From positions 156,054,001 to 156,118,000 of the forward strand of contig NC_090326.1 in NCBI RefSeq assembly GCF_035084215.1: a DNA stretch of 64,000 nt, read 5' to 3'. A program made the translations under genes and the position numbers. Below are positions 37,258 through 49,876 of the stretch, piece after piece. A model generated the notes under the pieces. It did no database searches. It worked only from the letters and a program-made list of their open reading frames with translations, and had not been told where the DNA came from. The DNA is from Heptranchias perlo. Lineage: Eukaryota. Every line of letters starts with the position of its first letter. Position 1 is the first letter of the stretch.

Positions 37258-37662
37258 AGAAACATAGAAACATAGAAAATAGGTGCAAGAGTAGGCCATT
37301 CGGCCCTTCGGGCCTGCTCCGCCATTCAAAATGATCGTGGCCGATCGTCTAACTCAATACCCTGTTCCCGCTTTTTCCCCATATCCCTTGATCTCTTTAG
37401 CATTAAGAAATATATCTATCTCCTTCTTGAATACATCTAATGACTTGGCCTCCACTGCCTTCTGTGGTAGAGAATTCCACAGGTTCACCACCCTCTGAGT
37501 GAAGAAATTTCTCCTCATCTCGGTTCTAAATGGCATACCCCGTATCCTGAGACTGTGACCCCCCCCCCCCCCCCCCCCCCCCCCGTTCTGGACTCCCCAG
37601 CCATCGGGAACATCCTCCCTGCATCTAGTCTGTCTAGTCCTGTTAGAATTTTATATGTTTCG
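37258..37662 (-). mobile_element. CR1 3' fragment with an internal poly(C) expansion
   Basis: ORF 37354-37536; C-run at about 37559-37584. Confidence 0.88.
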
Positions 37663-37913
37663 AAGAGAGGAGGGTGTCTGAGCCGAGCCTGATCCCGTCA
37701 TTGCTACAGAGTAAGGTTTGCCTGATTGTGAATGGGAGTGCGGACCTTGGCATATGCCCCTCCCCCCTCTAGATTAGGGTGCCGAGGACAATGTTACGAC
37801 ACCCCGGATGAGATCAGCTGACTGGGACCTTCAATTTCATATCTCGCAGTCCATTTACTAAATCAGCTATCGGGGGAGGGGTGGTATCTTCTCAAATATA
37901 ACTCTTGTTTTAA

Positions 37914-38066
37914 TAAAATAAAAACAGAAAATGCTGGAAAACACGCAGCGGGTCAGGCAGTATGTGTAGAGAGAAACGAGTTAATGTTTCAGGTCGATGA
38001 CCGTTCATCAGAACTGCCCCAGACTTTCAAGATTTCAGATTTCCAGCATCCGCTGTATTCTGCTTT
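37914..38066 (-). mobile_element. Penelope-like mini-element Q3 with hammerhead core and inverted tail; 9-bp TSD
   Basis: TTGTTTTAA at 37905-37913 and 38067-38075; minus strand reads AGTT-CTGATGA-AC-GGTC-ATC-GACC-T-GAAA-CA-TT-AACT. Confidence 0.8.
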
Positions 38067-38362
38067 TTGTTTTAACTACTTTTTATTGTTTGATAAGCCC
38101 AGATGATTGGTTAACATCCAACTCATCAACACATCAGTCTTGTGAAGGAATCTGTAATTGGACACCGGTGGCCATGAACCCATTTGTCTGTTGAGTCCCT
38201 TTGTGGAGGAGCACACGGTTAGGGAGCATGAACCCACTAAATAGTCCTAATGTTACTTTCCAGAAATCGCTAATGACAATGATCAACTCACTCAACTGAC
38301 TGTTCTTCTCTCTCTTCTCATTTAACACATTTTCTAAACCAAGTATTCCTGTGTTTTAAAAG

Positions 38363-38576
38363 TAGCCATGATGTGGAGATGCTGGTGATGGACTGGGGTG
38401 GACAAATGTAAGGAATCTTACAACACCAGGTTATAGTCCAACAGTTTTATTTGAAAATCAAAAGCTTTCGGAGCTTTCCTCCTTCCTCACCTGACGAAGG
38501 AGGTAAGCTCCGAAAGCTTGTGATTTTCAAATAAAACTGTTGGACTATAACCTGGTGTTGTAAGATTCCTTACATT
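38363..38576 (+). mobile_element. Penelope-like mini-element P2: 39-bp tail plus 88-bp inverted repeat (3 mismatches); 13-bp TSD
   Basis: Arms 38402-38489 and 38492-38579; TGTGTTTTAAAAG at 38350-38362 and 38577-38589. Confidence 0.85.
38487..38523 (+). ncRNA. Complete minimal type I hammerhead ribozyme motif
   Basis: TCAC-CTGACGA-A-GGAG-GTAAG-CTCC-GAAA-GC-TT-GTGA: stem I TCAC/GTGA, stem II GGAG/CTCC, palindromic AAGCTT in place of stem III. Confidence 0.75.
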
Positions 38577-39054
38577 TGTGTTTTAAAAGGATAATGAGGT
38601 ACCTCATAGCTCAGCTGTGATGCTCCCCGTGTCAAATAGCCTGCTGACACTCATTGCCTAGGCTAATGGATGCAGAATGGGTAATGGACAGAGGTACTTG
38701 GGGGGAGGGGGGGAGGGGGGGGGGCGGGGTGGGTGCTGCTGCTGGCAACCTTAAAGAAAGAAAGAAGAAAGAGCTGGTTTCACCAACAGGAGGGAGAAGG
38801 CAAATGGACCGTGGTGGCAACAACACTCGGGGCTCAAATTATGCCTTTGTCACAAAAGCACCGGAAGGGGAGAGGGCCTTCTGAATCAGTGCAGCATCTC
38901 TTCAGTGAGTCTGGATGCCTTGATGTTGTAGATTTCTACTTGCCTTTCCACATTTCCAGTATGACTAAAGAGCAGCCACAGCCCTAATAACAACCGTCGC
39001 AGTGCGCAAGCCTGTGAATTCACCACTCCGCTGAGCTAATGTGATGCTCACAAA

Positions 39055-39245
39055 AAGAAAGAACTAACTCGCATTTATATCGCGCCTTTCACAACCTCAG
39101 GACGTCCCAAAGCGCTTGACAGCCAATGAAGTACTTTTGAAGTGTAGTCGCTGTTGTAATGTAGGGAAACGCGGCAGCCAATTTGCGCACAGCAAGATCC
39201 CACAAACAGCAATGTGATAATGACCAGATCATCTGTTTGAGGGAT
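39055..39245 (-). mobile_element. DeuSINE 3' part
   Basis: Tail and body match. Confidence 0.85.
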
Positions 39246-39799
39246 GAAAATTGGAAAAGAAACTATAAGGGGGCAGGACCTTTTCTTCAACGCACTCCCC
39301 CTTTTTATGAAAGAAAATTACGCTCTTAACATATTTGATTTAAAAAAAAAATCTACTTCAGCACTGAACAGGAAACTTGAGTACGGCCGTCTTATCTGCA
39401 GCAAAAGATGCCAAGTTGTGAACTTCATTACAGGGAATCGCCCCATTTGTCCTACAGCGGCTCCGCTGCAGTCAGCGGGAGTGCAACGTCAGGAGCAGCT
39501 GTTGAGACGCCCGATCCCAGGAAACCCTCATCAACGCTGGGGAAATCCGAATTCCAGGCCTGCAACAGGGTTTCCCAGGGCAGGCAGCTCTAGAGCAGCC
39601 CTCCGGCCTCTCTCAACTTCCAGATGCCACTGTTTGCAGTGGAGCTGCTTCAGGAAGCTCCCTGTTGTTAACATCACTGGAACGACCTAGCAGGAAGCAT
39701 GGCCCTACTCAAAGGTATGCCAGGTCAGTGCTAACATTGATGTTTTTAAAAACTAAACCTTGAAGAAATATGGGATGAGAATATCATTTTCTCTAATAA

Positions 39800-40075
39800 A
39801 AAACAACACCTTGCATTTATACAGTGCCTTTAATGCAGTAAAACGTCCCGAGGCGCTTCACAGGAGTGTTATCAGACAACATTTGACACCGAGCCGCATA
39901 AGGAGATATTAGGACAGGTGGTCAAAGGGGAAGGTTGTAAGGAGCATCTTAAAGGAGAGGAGAGGTTTAGGGAGGTAATTCCAGAGCTTAGGGCCTGGGC
40001 AGCTGAAGGCGCGGCCGCCAACGGTGGAGCGATGAAAATTGGGGATGCGCAAAGGGCCAGAATTGGAGGATCTTG
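39800..40075 (-). mobile_element. L2 3' end
   Basis: Reverse complement of 56460-56770. Confidence 0.85.
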
Positions 40076-40814
40076 GTGGGTTCGGAGGGAAGTAGTTTGA
40101 CAAAAAAAAAACTGACCGTAAAAATTCCGACCTTTTTTTTGAGTTTGTGTTTTTCGTTTGTTTGTTTATTTCAGCTAAATGTCCTTCCACAAATCTATAC
40201 CGGACCCTGAAAGTTAGAATTAAAGGGCATGTACTTATCATAACCATATAACAAAACTGGGTGAAATGCTCAGGAAAAATAAATTGCATTTATAAAATAC
40301 TCGTAATTTATTTTTAAAAAATGGACTCCCAGCCAAAGAAGGAGATGCTAGGAGGGGTGACCAAAAGCTTGGTTGAAGATCTGAGTTTTAAGGAGGGTCT
40401 TAAAAGAGGAGAGGGAGTTGGAAGGGTTTAGGGAGGGGAAAATGTAAAAAGATTCTTGACTCAATTTGTGCTGGTTTTCACCTGCGGGTTCGCCAAGCTG
40501 CTCAGTTTTGAGAAATGTCTGTGTTTTTGGAGAGCATGATGGGATGTGGCTCTGTGCACACCCACACCCTAGACCATGATTTGTATTTGTCGCACTTCAT
40601 CGAACAATGTTAAATATTTGTTTAACCTAGATTGAATAAAGAAAAGCAGCCTGTTGGGGGAAGAGACTTTAAAACCAGATGTAACTGGTAAAGGGGGCAA
40701 AATTTTAGTGAAAATGTTTAATGCATGGGCCACCCTGTTGGCTAAAGTTGTCAAGATCAGGCCTTTCACCCTTTTTAAGTGATTTTGATATCATTTTGAT
40801 ATATATTAATACGA

Positions 40815-41965
40815 GGACCACTGCTTTTCTTGGTCTATATTAATGACACAATTTCAGGGCACAATTTCAAAATTTGCAGATGACACAAAACTTGCGAGTG
40901 TAGTAAACAGCGAGGAGGATAGCGATGGACTTCAAGAGGATATGGACAGGCTGGTGGAATGGGCGGACACGTGGCAGATGAAATTTAATGCAGAGAATTG
41001 TGAAGTGATACATTTTGGTAGGAAGAATGAGGAGAGGCAATATAAACTAAATGGTACAATTCTAAAAGGGATTCAGGAACAGAGAGATCTGGGGGTATAT
41101 GTGCACAAATCTTCGAAGGTGGCAGGACAGGTTGAGGAAGCGGTTAAAAAAGCATTTGGAATCTTGGGCTTTATAAATAGAGGCATAGAGTACAAAAGCG
41201 AGGATGTTATGTTGATCCTTTGTAAAACACTGGTTCGGCCACAACTGGAGTATTGTGTCCAATTCTGGGCACCGCAATTTAGGAAGGATGTGAAGGGCTT
41301 AGAGAGGGTGCTGAAAAGATTTACTCGGATGATTCCAGGGATGTGTGACTTCTGCTCCATGGATAGACTGGAGAAGCTGGGGTTGTTTTCCTTAGAGCAG
41401 AGAAGATTTGATCGAAGTGTTCAAAATCATGAAGGGTTTAGGTAAAGTAAATAAAGAGAAACTGTTCCCACTGGCAGAAGGGTAGAGAACCTGAGGACAC
41501 AGATTTAAGGTGATTGGCAAAAGAACCAAAGGCGACATGAGGAAAAACTTTTTTTTACGCAGCGAGTAGTTATGATCTGGAATGTACTGCCTGAAAGGGT
41601 GATGGAAGCAGATGCAATCGTGGCTTTCAAAAAGGAACTGGATAAATACTTGCAGGGAAAAAATTTGCAGGGCTAAGGGGAATGGGACTAAATGGATTGC
41701 TCTTACAAATAGCCGGCATGGGCTCGACGGGCCAAATGGCCGCCTTCTGTGCTGTAACCATTCTATGATTCTATGAAGTGTTACGATCTGAATACACTGC
41801 CTGAAAGGGTGGTGGAAGCAGATTCAATAATAACTTTCAAAAGGGAATTGGATAAATACTTGAAGGGAAAAAATTTGTAGGGCTATGGGGAAAGAACAGG
41901 GGAGTGGAACTAATGGGATAGCCAGCTCGGGCACAATGGGCTGAATGGCCTCCTTCTGTGCTGCA
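40815..41965 (+). mobile_element. CR1 RT 3' part, followed by a second CR1 tail (41778-41965)
   Basis: ORF 40843-41445 with FADD and RPQLEY; two successive 3' ends. Confidence 0.9.
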
Positions 41966-43349
41966 TCGTTCTTTGAAGTGTCCAGTGCTGAATTTTTCCC
42001 TGCTGAATTTTATTTTTCCGTGTAGTGACACTTTCTATCTACTTTTCACGTGGAAAATTTGTCCTCTTATTCTGCTCACGACTGTTACCTGGTTTCAATT
42101 TTTGAGACGCAAATTGAAAAATTCTGAAGAAATTAAAAACGCCTGTAAATAAGCATACCTAGAGTGTTCTTCTCCACCCACTCCACTGTTGGTTGAAGAG
42201 TCATTAGCCATGACAATCCACAGTCTGGAACTCTTCCCAAACCCCTGTACCTTTCCATCTCTGTTCAAATTTTGTTTGCAAATTGCTCCTGTGAGGGGCC
42301 TTTGGAGATTTTACTACGTTAAAGGTGTTATATGAATGCGAGTTGTTAGAACCATCGAAAAGATACAGCACAGAAGGGGGCCATTCGGCCCATCGTGTCC
42401 ACGCCAGCTCGAAGAACAACCAGGTGCCCATTCTAATCCCAGCTTACAGCACTTTAGGTGCAGGTCCAGGTATTTTTTTTTACGTTACAGCACGGAAGGA
42501 GGCCATTCAACCCATCAAGTCCGTGCCGGCTCTATGCAAGAGCAATCCAGCTAATCCCACTGTCCCGCCCTATCCCCCTTTGTTGTTCCCATCTTCAAAC
42601 CCTTATCTGTCCAAACATACCCTCCGTCGCCTCCTCTTACCATCTCTCCCACTTCTTGTCCCCAGTGCCCCTTGATCTCCCACTTCCCGCTTGGTGTCTC
42701 CCAATCTCCCAATTTATTAAATAAAAGACTCTTTTACATATATGAAAAAAAGTTATTGGGAACTGCAGCACCAAAATATGAAGTAACCATGTTAGTGGGA
42801 TTACGAGAATTTTGGTGTAATTCTGTTGCCGGGTTGCTTTGTGGCTTTTAAATCAAATTAATATTTTACCAATGGAGCCCAAAGATCACCAACAAACATT
42901 GCTCGCCTGTTGTGTAACGCCTCAGCCTGCTGGTTTGTTCACATGTTGTGAGGCATTAACTCCTCGCAAATATCTGCTGTGATGCTGTGCTCTTTGAAGT
43001 TCGCAGTCTGTAATTGAAAAATGGGGCTTTTTATGTGTATTCTGCAAACAGCTGTGTGTGAACCACTTTTTCCTCTCTTTACATAGTGGCCTAATTGACA
43101 CGTACGAGAGTAAGTTCATCCGCATCAAAGCGAGTTGCAGTTGTGTGGAAGGGAGCTGGTCTGTCGAATGTGTGGCCGTCATTTGGGCTTCAGTGTGAAA
43201 GTGCAGCGTTGGAGTCATTGTGAGGTGCTGTGTTACCCCAAGCAAAACAGTGCATGTCGTGCCATTTGAGGGGGCTGCCATAGTCTAAGGCCCCTGTCAA
43301 ATCTTTCAAGGGAGGTGGCACAAGTTAATAGTCTATTGTGGTTAAATAA

Positions 43350-43690
43350 AAGAAAAGAACTTGCATTTATATAGCGCCTTTCGCAATGTCCATTTTCGGC
43401 ATGTCCACAAGTGCTTTACAACCAATGAAGTACATTTGAAGTGTAGTCACTGTTGTAATGTAGGAAACGCAGCAGTCGATTTGCGCACAGCAAGATCCCA
43501 CAAACAGCAATGAAATAATGACCGGGTAATCTGTTTTAGTGATGTTGTCTGAGGGATAAATATTGGCCAGGCCACAGGGGGAGAACTCCCCGGTTGTCTT
43601 CGTGGGATCTTTTACATCCACCTGAGAGGGCAGACGGGGCCTCGGTTTAACGTCTCACCCGAAATGTAGCACCTCCGACAGTGCATTACT
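43350..43690 (-). mobile_element. DeuSINE lacking the head
   Basis: Similarity to 12727-13050. Confidence 0.85.
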
Positions 43691-44534
43691 GCAGCGCCCG
43701 TGGGGAGCTCAGTAATATGGGCCAGATCTACATCCCTTTAGATTCCAATGCACGGAAGAAGAAAGTGCGCATACGTGGGCATCGGGTATGATCTCCCCCG
43801 TGTAAAAAAAAATATCCTGTCGACCCTCAGGATCTTACCCCCACGTGTGAAGAATGGCCACTTGGACTGCCAGTGCAGTTGGAATCTTACACCATCAAAA
43901 GTCAGCACTTTACGGATACGAGGTGATTTTAAGAGAGAAAATGAGGATGGGGATGGGGAGAAACACTAGTTAAAGCCTCCAGAGGTGGGACTGCATTGCT
44001 TCTGCTTTGGTCAGTATTCCAAACCTCCACGTGGGCCTGATTTATTTGTATTTGTCTTGCACAGTGGGTTTTTAGGCAACCACAGAGGCACAGCAACATG
44101 GGTACGATGCTATAAAAATACTACCCAATTACGATTAAGATGTTATGATTTAAATTATTGTTCTTGGAAGCTCAAGAGCTTTCTGGCTCTCTGACAGCAA
44201 CTTAGCACATTAACCATAAACCCAGCACAGTAGAAGCCACTTTAATGAGGACTCTTAATAACGAGCATGCTCTCTATATATAACTAGCAAACAACAGCTG
44301 ATCTTGATTCTACCCAGGGGTAGCTTCATCTGGCACAGGCAGTATATCTGAGTAAGAACATTCTTTCTCGAATTATTCAGATCCCAATTGTCAGAATCTC
44401 AACCTCTCGGCTTGTCATGAGTTCTTGATAAGTGTTAAAGAACTGCAAACTGGAAAGCTTATTTAAGATAGTATTTACCCTCCCCTCCAACCTTCCATCT
44501 TTTATCTACTATTATCTATATTTATATATAGATA

Positions 44535-45030
44535 TTAACCCTCCGTAAACTTGAGATCATCCAAAACTCTGCTGCCCTTATCCTAACTCGTACCAAGTCC
44601 TGTTCACCCATCACTCCTGGTCTGGCAACGCCTCGATTTAAAAAAAAATCACATCCTTGTTTTCAAATTCCTCCACGGCCTTGCCCTTCCCTATCTCTGT
44701 AACCTCTTCCAACCCTATGACCCTCCGAGATCTCTGCGCTCCTCCAATTTTTGCCTCTTGCACATCTCCGATTTTCATCGTGTCACCATTGGTGGCCGTG
44801 CCTTCACCTGCCTAGGCCCTAAGTGCTGGAATTCCCTCCCTAAACCTCTCTGCCTCTCTACCTCTCCTTTTAAGACGCTCCTTAAAACCTACCTCTTTGC
44901 CCAAGCTTTTGGCCACCTGTCCTAATGTCTCCTTATGTGGCTCAGTGTCATTTTTTTTGATAAAGGTCCTGTAAAGCACCTTGGGATGTATTGCTACATT
45001 AAAGGTGCTATATAAATGCAAGTTGTTGTC
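44535..45030 (+). mobile_element. L2 3' fragment
   Basis: Matches 56235-56770; tail ATAAATGCAAGTTGTTG. Confidence 0.88.
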
Positions 45031-45034
45031 AATA

Positions 45035-45370
45035 CCTAGAAGTTACAACGCAGCAACAGGCCATTCGGCCCAACGAGACAGTGTTGGCGTTTTACCTGCC
45101 ATGGAAGTGAATAATTCTAATCACATTTACCCACCCAGTTCCCATATCCCTTCAACCCCTTCTCCTTCATCCACCCATCCAATCTAATCTTGAATGTTGA
45201 CTTAGTTTCTGCCTCGACCTCTAACCCTGGAAGTGAATTCCACTGCCCCACAACTCTGTGATGAAGTTTCTCCTGCCCTCTGTTCTAAATCTCTTGTGCA
45301 TGATCTTGTATCTGTAGCCCTTCATTCATGACTCCTCAACTAATGGAAACAGTATGTTTCTATCTACCCT
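45035..45370 (-). mobile_element. Old CR1 3' fragment
   Basis: GGCCATTCGGCCC tail hairpin; GAATTCCAC...GAAGTTTCTCCT. Confidence 0.7.
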
Positions 45371-45879
45371 GGCATTTTTTGTGTGTTTGTGAGGCATTAA
45401 ACAACATCTTTTGTGGGCGTCCTGTACCTGTCTTGTGTTCATGAAGTTCCAAGAGACATTACTTTCAGCTGAAGAGACTTGACAATGAATAAGTTGTGCT
45501 TGCAACTCCTGGGATTTTTTTTTCATGAGTGACTGTATCGAAGCAGACTTATTAAATACCTCTGCGAATGGTTCTGGTTAAATATATACATGTTTAAATT
45601 TAGGATTTTGTTCAGAACTCTCCTCCAAACATAAATAATAGCCGTACACCGAGCTTGCCTGTACTTGCTGATTGTGAGCCTCAACACTTCCAACATTCCG
45701 GTGTTTCATTGGAACATTGCTGAGGACAAAAGTACCAAGGGAACCTCTTCTATACAACATCAGAGGGTGAAGCATGAACTCTTCAACTTTTCCTGAGGTA
45801 AGTTTGAAAGGGAAAAACAAAATGTACGCAATATAATTGATCTTCTGCAACTTCGGTTAGCAAGTACAGTTAAGGGAGG

Positions 45880-46875
45880 GCTGGGGCAGGGGCACTGGGG
45901 TGCGGCGAGGTCGGCGGGAGCGAGGCGGGGGCACCGGGGCGGGAGTGAGGTGAGTGGGGGGCACTGGGGCAGGAGTGGGGGGGCACTGGGGCGAGGCGGG
46001 GGCACCGGGGCGGGAGTGAGGTGAGTGGGGGGCACTGGGGCGAGGCGAGAGCACTGGGGCAGGAGTGGGGGGGCACTGGGGCGAGGCGGGGGCACCGCGG
46101 CGGGAGCGAGGACGGGGGCACTGGGGCGGGAGTGAGGTGAGTGGGGGGCACTAGGGCGAGTGGGGGGCACTAGGGCGAGTGGGGGGCACTAGGGCGAGAC
46201 GGGAGCACTGGGGCAGGAGTGGGGGGGCACTGGGGCGAGGCGGGGGCACCGGGGCGGGAGCGAGGACGGGGGCACTGGGGCGGGAGTGAGGTGAGTGGGG
46301 GGGGCACTGGGGCAGGAGTGGGGGGGCACTGGGGCAGGAGTGGGGGGGCACTGGGGCGAGGTGGGAGCACTGGGGCAGGAGTGGGGGGGCACTGGGGCAG
46401 GAGTGGGGGGGCACTGGGGCAGGAGTGGGGGGGCACTGGGGCGAGGCGGGGGCACCGCGGCGGGAGCGAGGACGGGGGCACTGGGGCGGGAGTGAGGTGA
46501 GTGGGGGGGCACTGGGGCAGGAGTGGGGGGGCACTGGGGCGAGGCGGGAGCACTGGGGCAGGAGTGGGGGGGCACTGGGGCGAGGCGGGAGCACTGGGGC
46601 AGGAGTGGGGGGGCACTGGGGCGAGGCGGGGGCACCGCGGCGGGAGCGAGGACGGGGGCACTGGGGTGGGAGTGAGGTGAGTGGGGGGCACTAGGGCGAG
46701 ACGGGAGCACTGGGGCAGGAGTGGGGGGGCACTGGGGCGAGGCGGGGGCACTGGGGCGGGAGCGAGGCGGGGGCACTGGGGCGGGAGCGAGGCGGGGGCA
46801 CTGGGGCGAGGCGCGACGATGAGTGGGGGGCACTGGGGCAAGGCGGGGGCACCAGTGCGGGAGCGACGATGAGCA
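45880..46875. repeat. G-rich compound minisatellite (GGGGCACTGGGGC alternating with several spacers)
   Basis: Direct observation; a higher-order block recurs at 46081, 46441 and 46621. Confidence 0.95.
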
Positions 46876-48231
46876 CAACTCTTATCTTTCGTCGTGTTCT
46901 AAATGTTTACACCAGCTGTGGTTCTTTTATTTATATTGATGGAGGTCGCTGCTAAATGAGTTGAGATAATAGTGATGAGTTGTGGAAGTAAGAATATCAT
47001 TACTCATGCTTAGAGGAAAGTTCTGAATAAATTCCTGAATTTAAAGATTTTTAGATTTGGTTGGAACCTTTTGGTGATAGTTTTGCGGGAGTACCTAGTA
47101 AGGTAGGTATTGTTACAAATTAATTTAAAGTTTGGATTTTGTGGCCTTCACTATAAAAGCCTAACAGATGGACAGTAAAGATAAGGAGCTACTCCCCCAT
47201 AGTGAACGCGGAGATTTATTTTTGTAAGTGTAATATGTGAGGAATCAAGTTTATTTATCTACCCTTCAGCGGGTGAGGGAAATACTGTTTATTTTGCAGG
47301 AACTATTCACACTGTTTATTTTTGCAGGACTTAAAAAAAAAGCATTTCACTATCTCTAGGAAGATTTCTTACAAACTTCTCTCCACATTCTTTCGATGGA
47401 GATTTGTGACCCTCCCCGCCTTCCACACCCTAACACTCTCCTTCACCCTTGCAACCCGATGATTTATTTTGGAGATGACTGTTAGCTTCTTGCAGCAGTA
47501 TCTTCTCTTATTGCTGGTGTTCCTGTTGATCAAATAGACAGGGTGGGTGAGTGCCTGTGTAAATGTTTTCTTTTAAATGATCATTCCTATCAACAGGTGT
47601 GTGTAGTGTTCCAGTTATTAATATATTGTGTTTATTTTGCCACTAAACAAGATAATTTGACCTCTATAAATGCAAGCCCAGTTTTCTAATATGGGCTCGG
47701 AGTGGAAGAGAGAGGGAGGGGGGATATAATTGATTCTAACTTAAAATACAGCTGTCATTTTGCCTGCGTGAAAGGCCTTTTGTTGCTTGTGACTTGTGCA
47801 GTCCTCACGCTGGTGAGATATTCCTAGCGTTCAACAGTTCCGAGTGTGAGGTCCAAGTCACTGATCATTATTCGGGTTTGGCGCCTTGGGAAGTTTTACT
47901 ACGTTCGAGGTGCTGTATAAATGCAAGTTGCTGTTGGCGGCAGTTTTCTTGGATATTTAATTTTTAGTCGCTCTCCTGTTAGCAGTTTGCCTTAAGTGGG
48001 GCTCAGTACGTCCATAAGCATCTTAGCAAAACCGAGCAGAATCCAATGTCCCAGCAGTAAAATGGTGCTCTCCCAAACTTGGAGGGTTGGGAATTATGAT
48101 CTTCACTAAATCTGAACAGTCCTAGTAGGGTAAATTTCAACCATTGTTGGACTGGCTACTATCTGGTGGAGCTTTGCCTTGCGACTTTGTGTGTTACTAA
48201 AGTGAGGGGCAGAGAAATTAGCAAGACCCTC

Positions 48232-48525
48232 TGTGGAACTACACCCTTCAGAGCATATCTGCAAGCTGGACTGTCTCATCTCCTGGACTGGTTTTGATTG
48301 CCTGAGGTCCGAGGGGGGGGGGTTGGTGAGGAATTACCCAGTGTATTTTTCCCCTTATTGGCCCTGGGTTTTTTCTCTTTTTTTGCCTCTCCCAGAAGAT
48401 TACATGTCTGCAGGGGTGGGGGGAATAAGTGTTTAGTCAGGATGCTTCGGCCATTGTGGTGTGGGGCAGGCTTGATGGACCAGCTCATCTTTTCCTACCC
48501 GTCACTTTCATACGTTCGCACGTTT
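48232..48525 (+). mobile_element. CR1-type 3' UTR of a further family (second copy at about 36845-37005)
   Basis: Both copies share AGTGTTTAGTCAGGATGCT...GTGTGGGGCAGGCTTGATGGACC...TTTCCT.CCCGTCA. Confidence 0.6.
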
Positions 48526-49512
48526 TGTACATTCGTAACATCTGTTCAAAGGAAGGAAGAGATGGTGACAGAATAAAAGTTAGCAGGAGAGAGAATTTTA
48601 AAAAGTCCAGTCCGTACAGAGCTTAAATAAAATGCCTTTTTATAACAACCGTGCTTTGCTACATGCAAAAACTATTTACTAAAAATCAAAACTAATGTTT
48701 TTAATTTAAAGCAGAATTAGAATAATGTTAAGCATTATTGTTCATTCCTGCAGAGCTCCTGAAATATTTATATTTCTTTTTCATGATGACTGAGGAATGC
48801 TTACTGCAGCCCTCCAAAGGATTCAGACATGAAGTACTGAAAGCTTTGTGTTCTTAGGAATTTATGGCTCAAAATTCCTGTTTGCAAAACGTTGATACTG
48901 TGAAAACAGGCTGTTGAGACGTCAAACATGGCAGACTGCGATGCAACTCACTCTTTTTATTAAAAATGCAGTTATAGCTATTGTGGCCCTACAGGCCTAC
49001 GGTTATAAATGACACACAGCACCAGTATCTTGGCCAACACTGGGGAGATATCGCTACAGGCAAGCATTGGTTGTGTGTGAAAAGCTTTCTGGAGGGGTCA
49101 AATTACAGACTTATTTGCCAGAGGTTGCACAGCCCAATGATTAGTGAAAGCCTCTTCTCAGTTCCTGGCTGGCAAATCTATAGGTCTGAGGGTGGTGGGG
49201 GGGGGGGGTGTTTGACTCCAATTATTGCTAGGAGGTGGGTTGGAGGCTACCCTGTTTTCTGAACAGTATGGGTATTATTAGCAAAGTGCGATGGGGAAAG
49301 TGTTAGAGGAAGTAAGGGTGACAATTGTGGGATGTGCATGCTGCACGTAAGACTTTTAAAGATAGAAAAAAAAAGCAAGCCAGGTGCTGATTTACTGCTG
49401 CACTGTCTGTTTGTTTGTTTTAATCAGCTTAAGGTTGTACCACGATGAATATTGGGGACAATTTTATCTTGAAATAATTTACCTGAAGTTTTTGACAAAC
49501 TCATGCCTGCTT

Positions 49513-49876
49513 CCCCCCCCCCCCCTCCTCCTCCCACTCGTTTGCCCCCCCCCCCCTCCTCCTCCTCCTCCCACTCGTTTGCCCCCCCCTCCCTCCTCCC
49601 TCTCGTTTGGCCCCCCCCCCCTCCTCCCTCTCGTTTGCCCCCCCCCCCCCCTCCTCCACCTCCTTCTCGTTTCCCCCCCCCCCCCTCCTCCACCTCCTTC
49701 TCGTTTCCCCCCCCCCCCCTCCTCCTCCCTCTCGTTTGTCCCCCCCCCCCCCCCCCTCCTCCTCCTCCTCCCTCTCGTTTGGCCCCCCCCCCCCTCCTCC
49801 TCCTCCCTCTCGTTTGGCCCCCCCCTCCCCCTCCCCCCTCCTCCTCCCTCTCGTTTGGCCCCCCCCTCCCCCTCCC
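49513..49876. repeat. C-rich minisatellite (Cn-TCCTCC-CTCTCGTTTG)
   Basis: Repeated CTCGTTT anchors separated by variable C runs. Confidence 0.93.

Noticed and set aside
45760-46878. Long Pro-rich and Gly-rich ORFs on both strands
   Set aside because: Translations of a GC-rich minisatellite that lacks stop codons; no coding evidence
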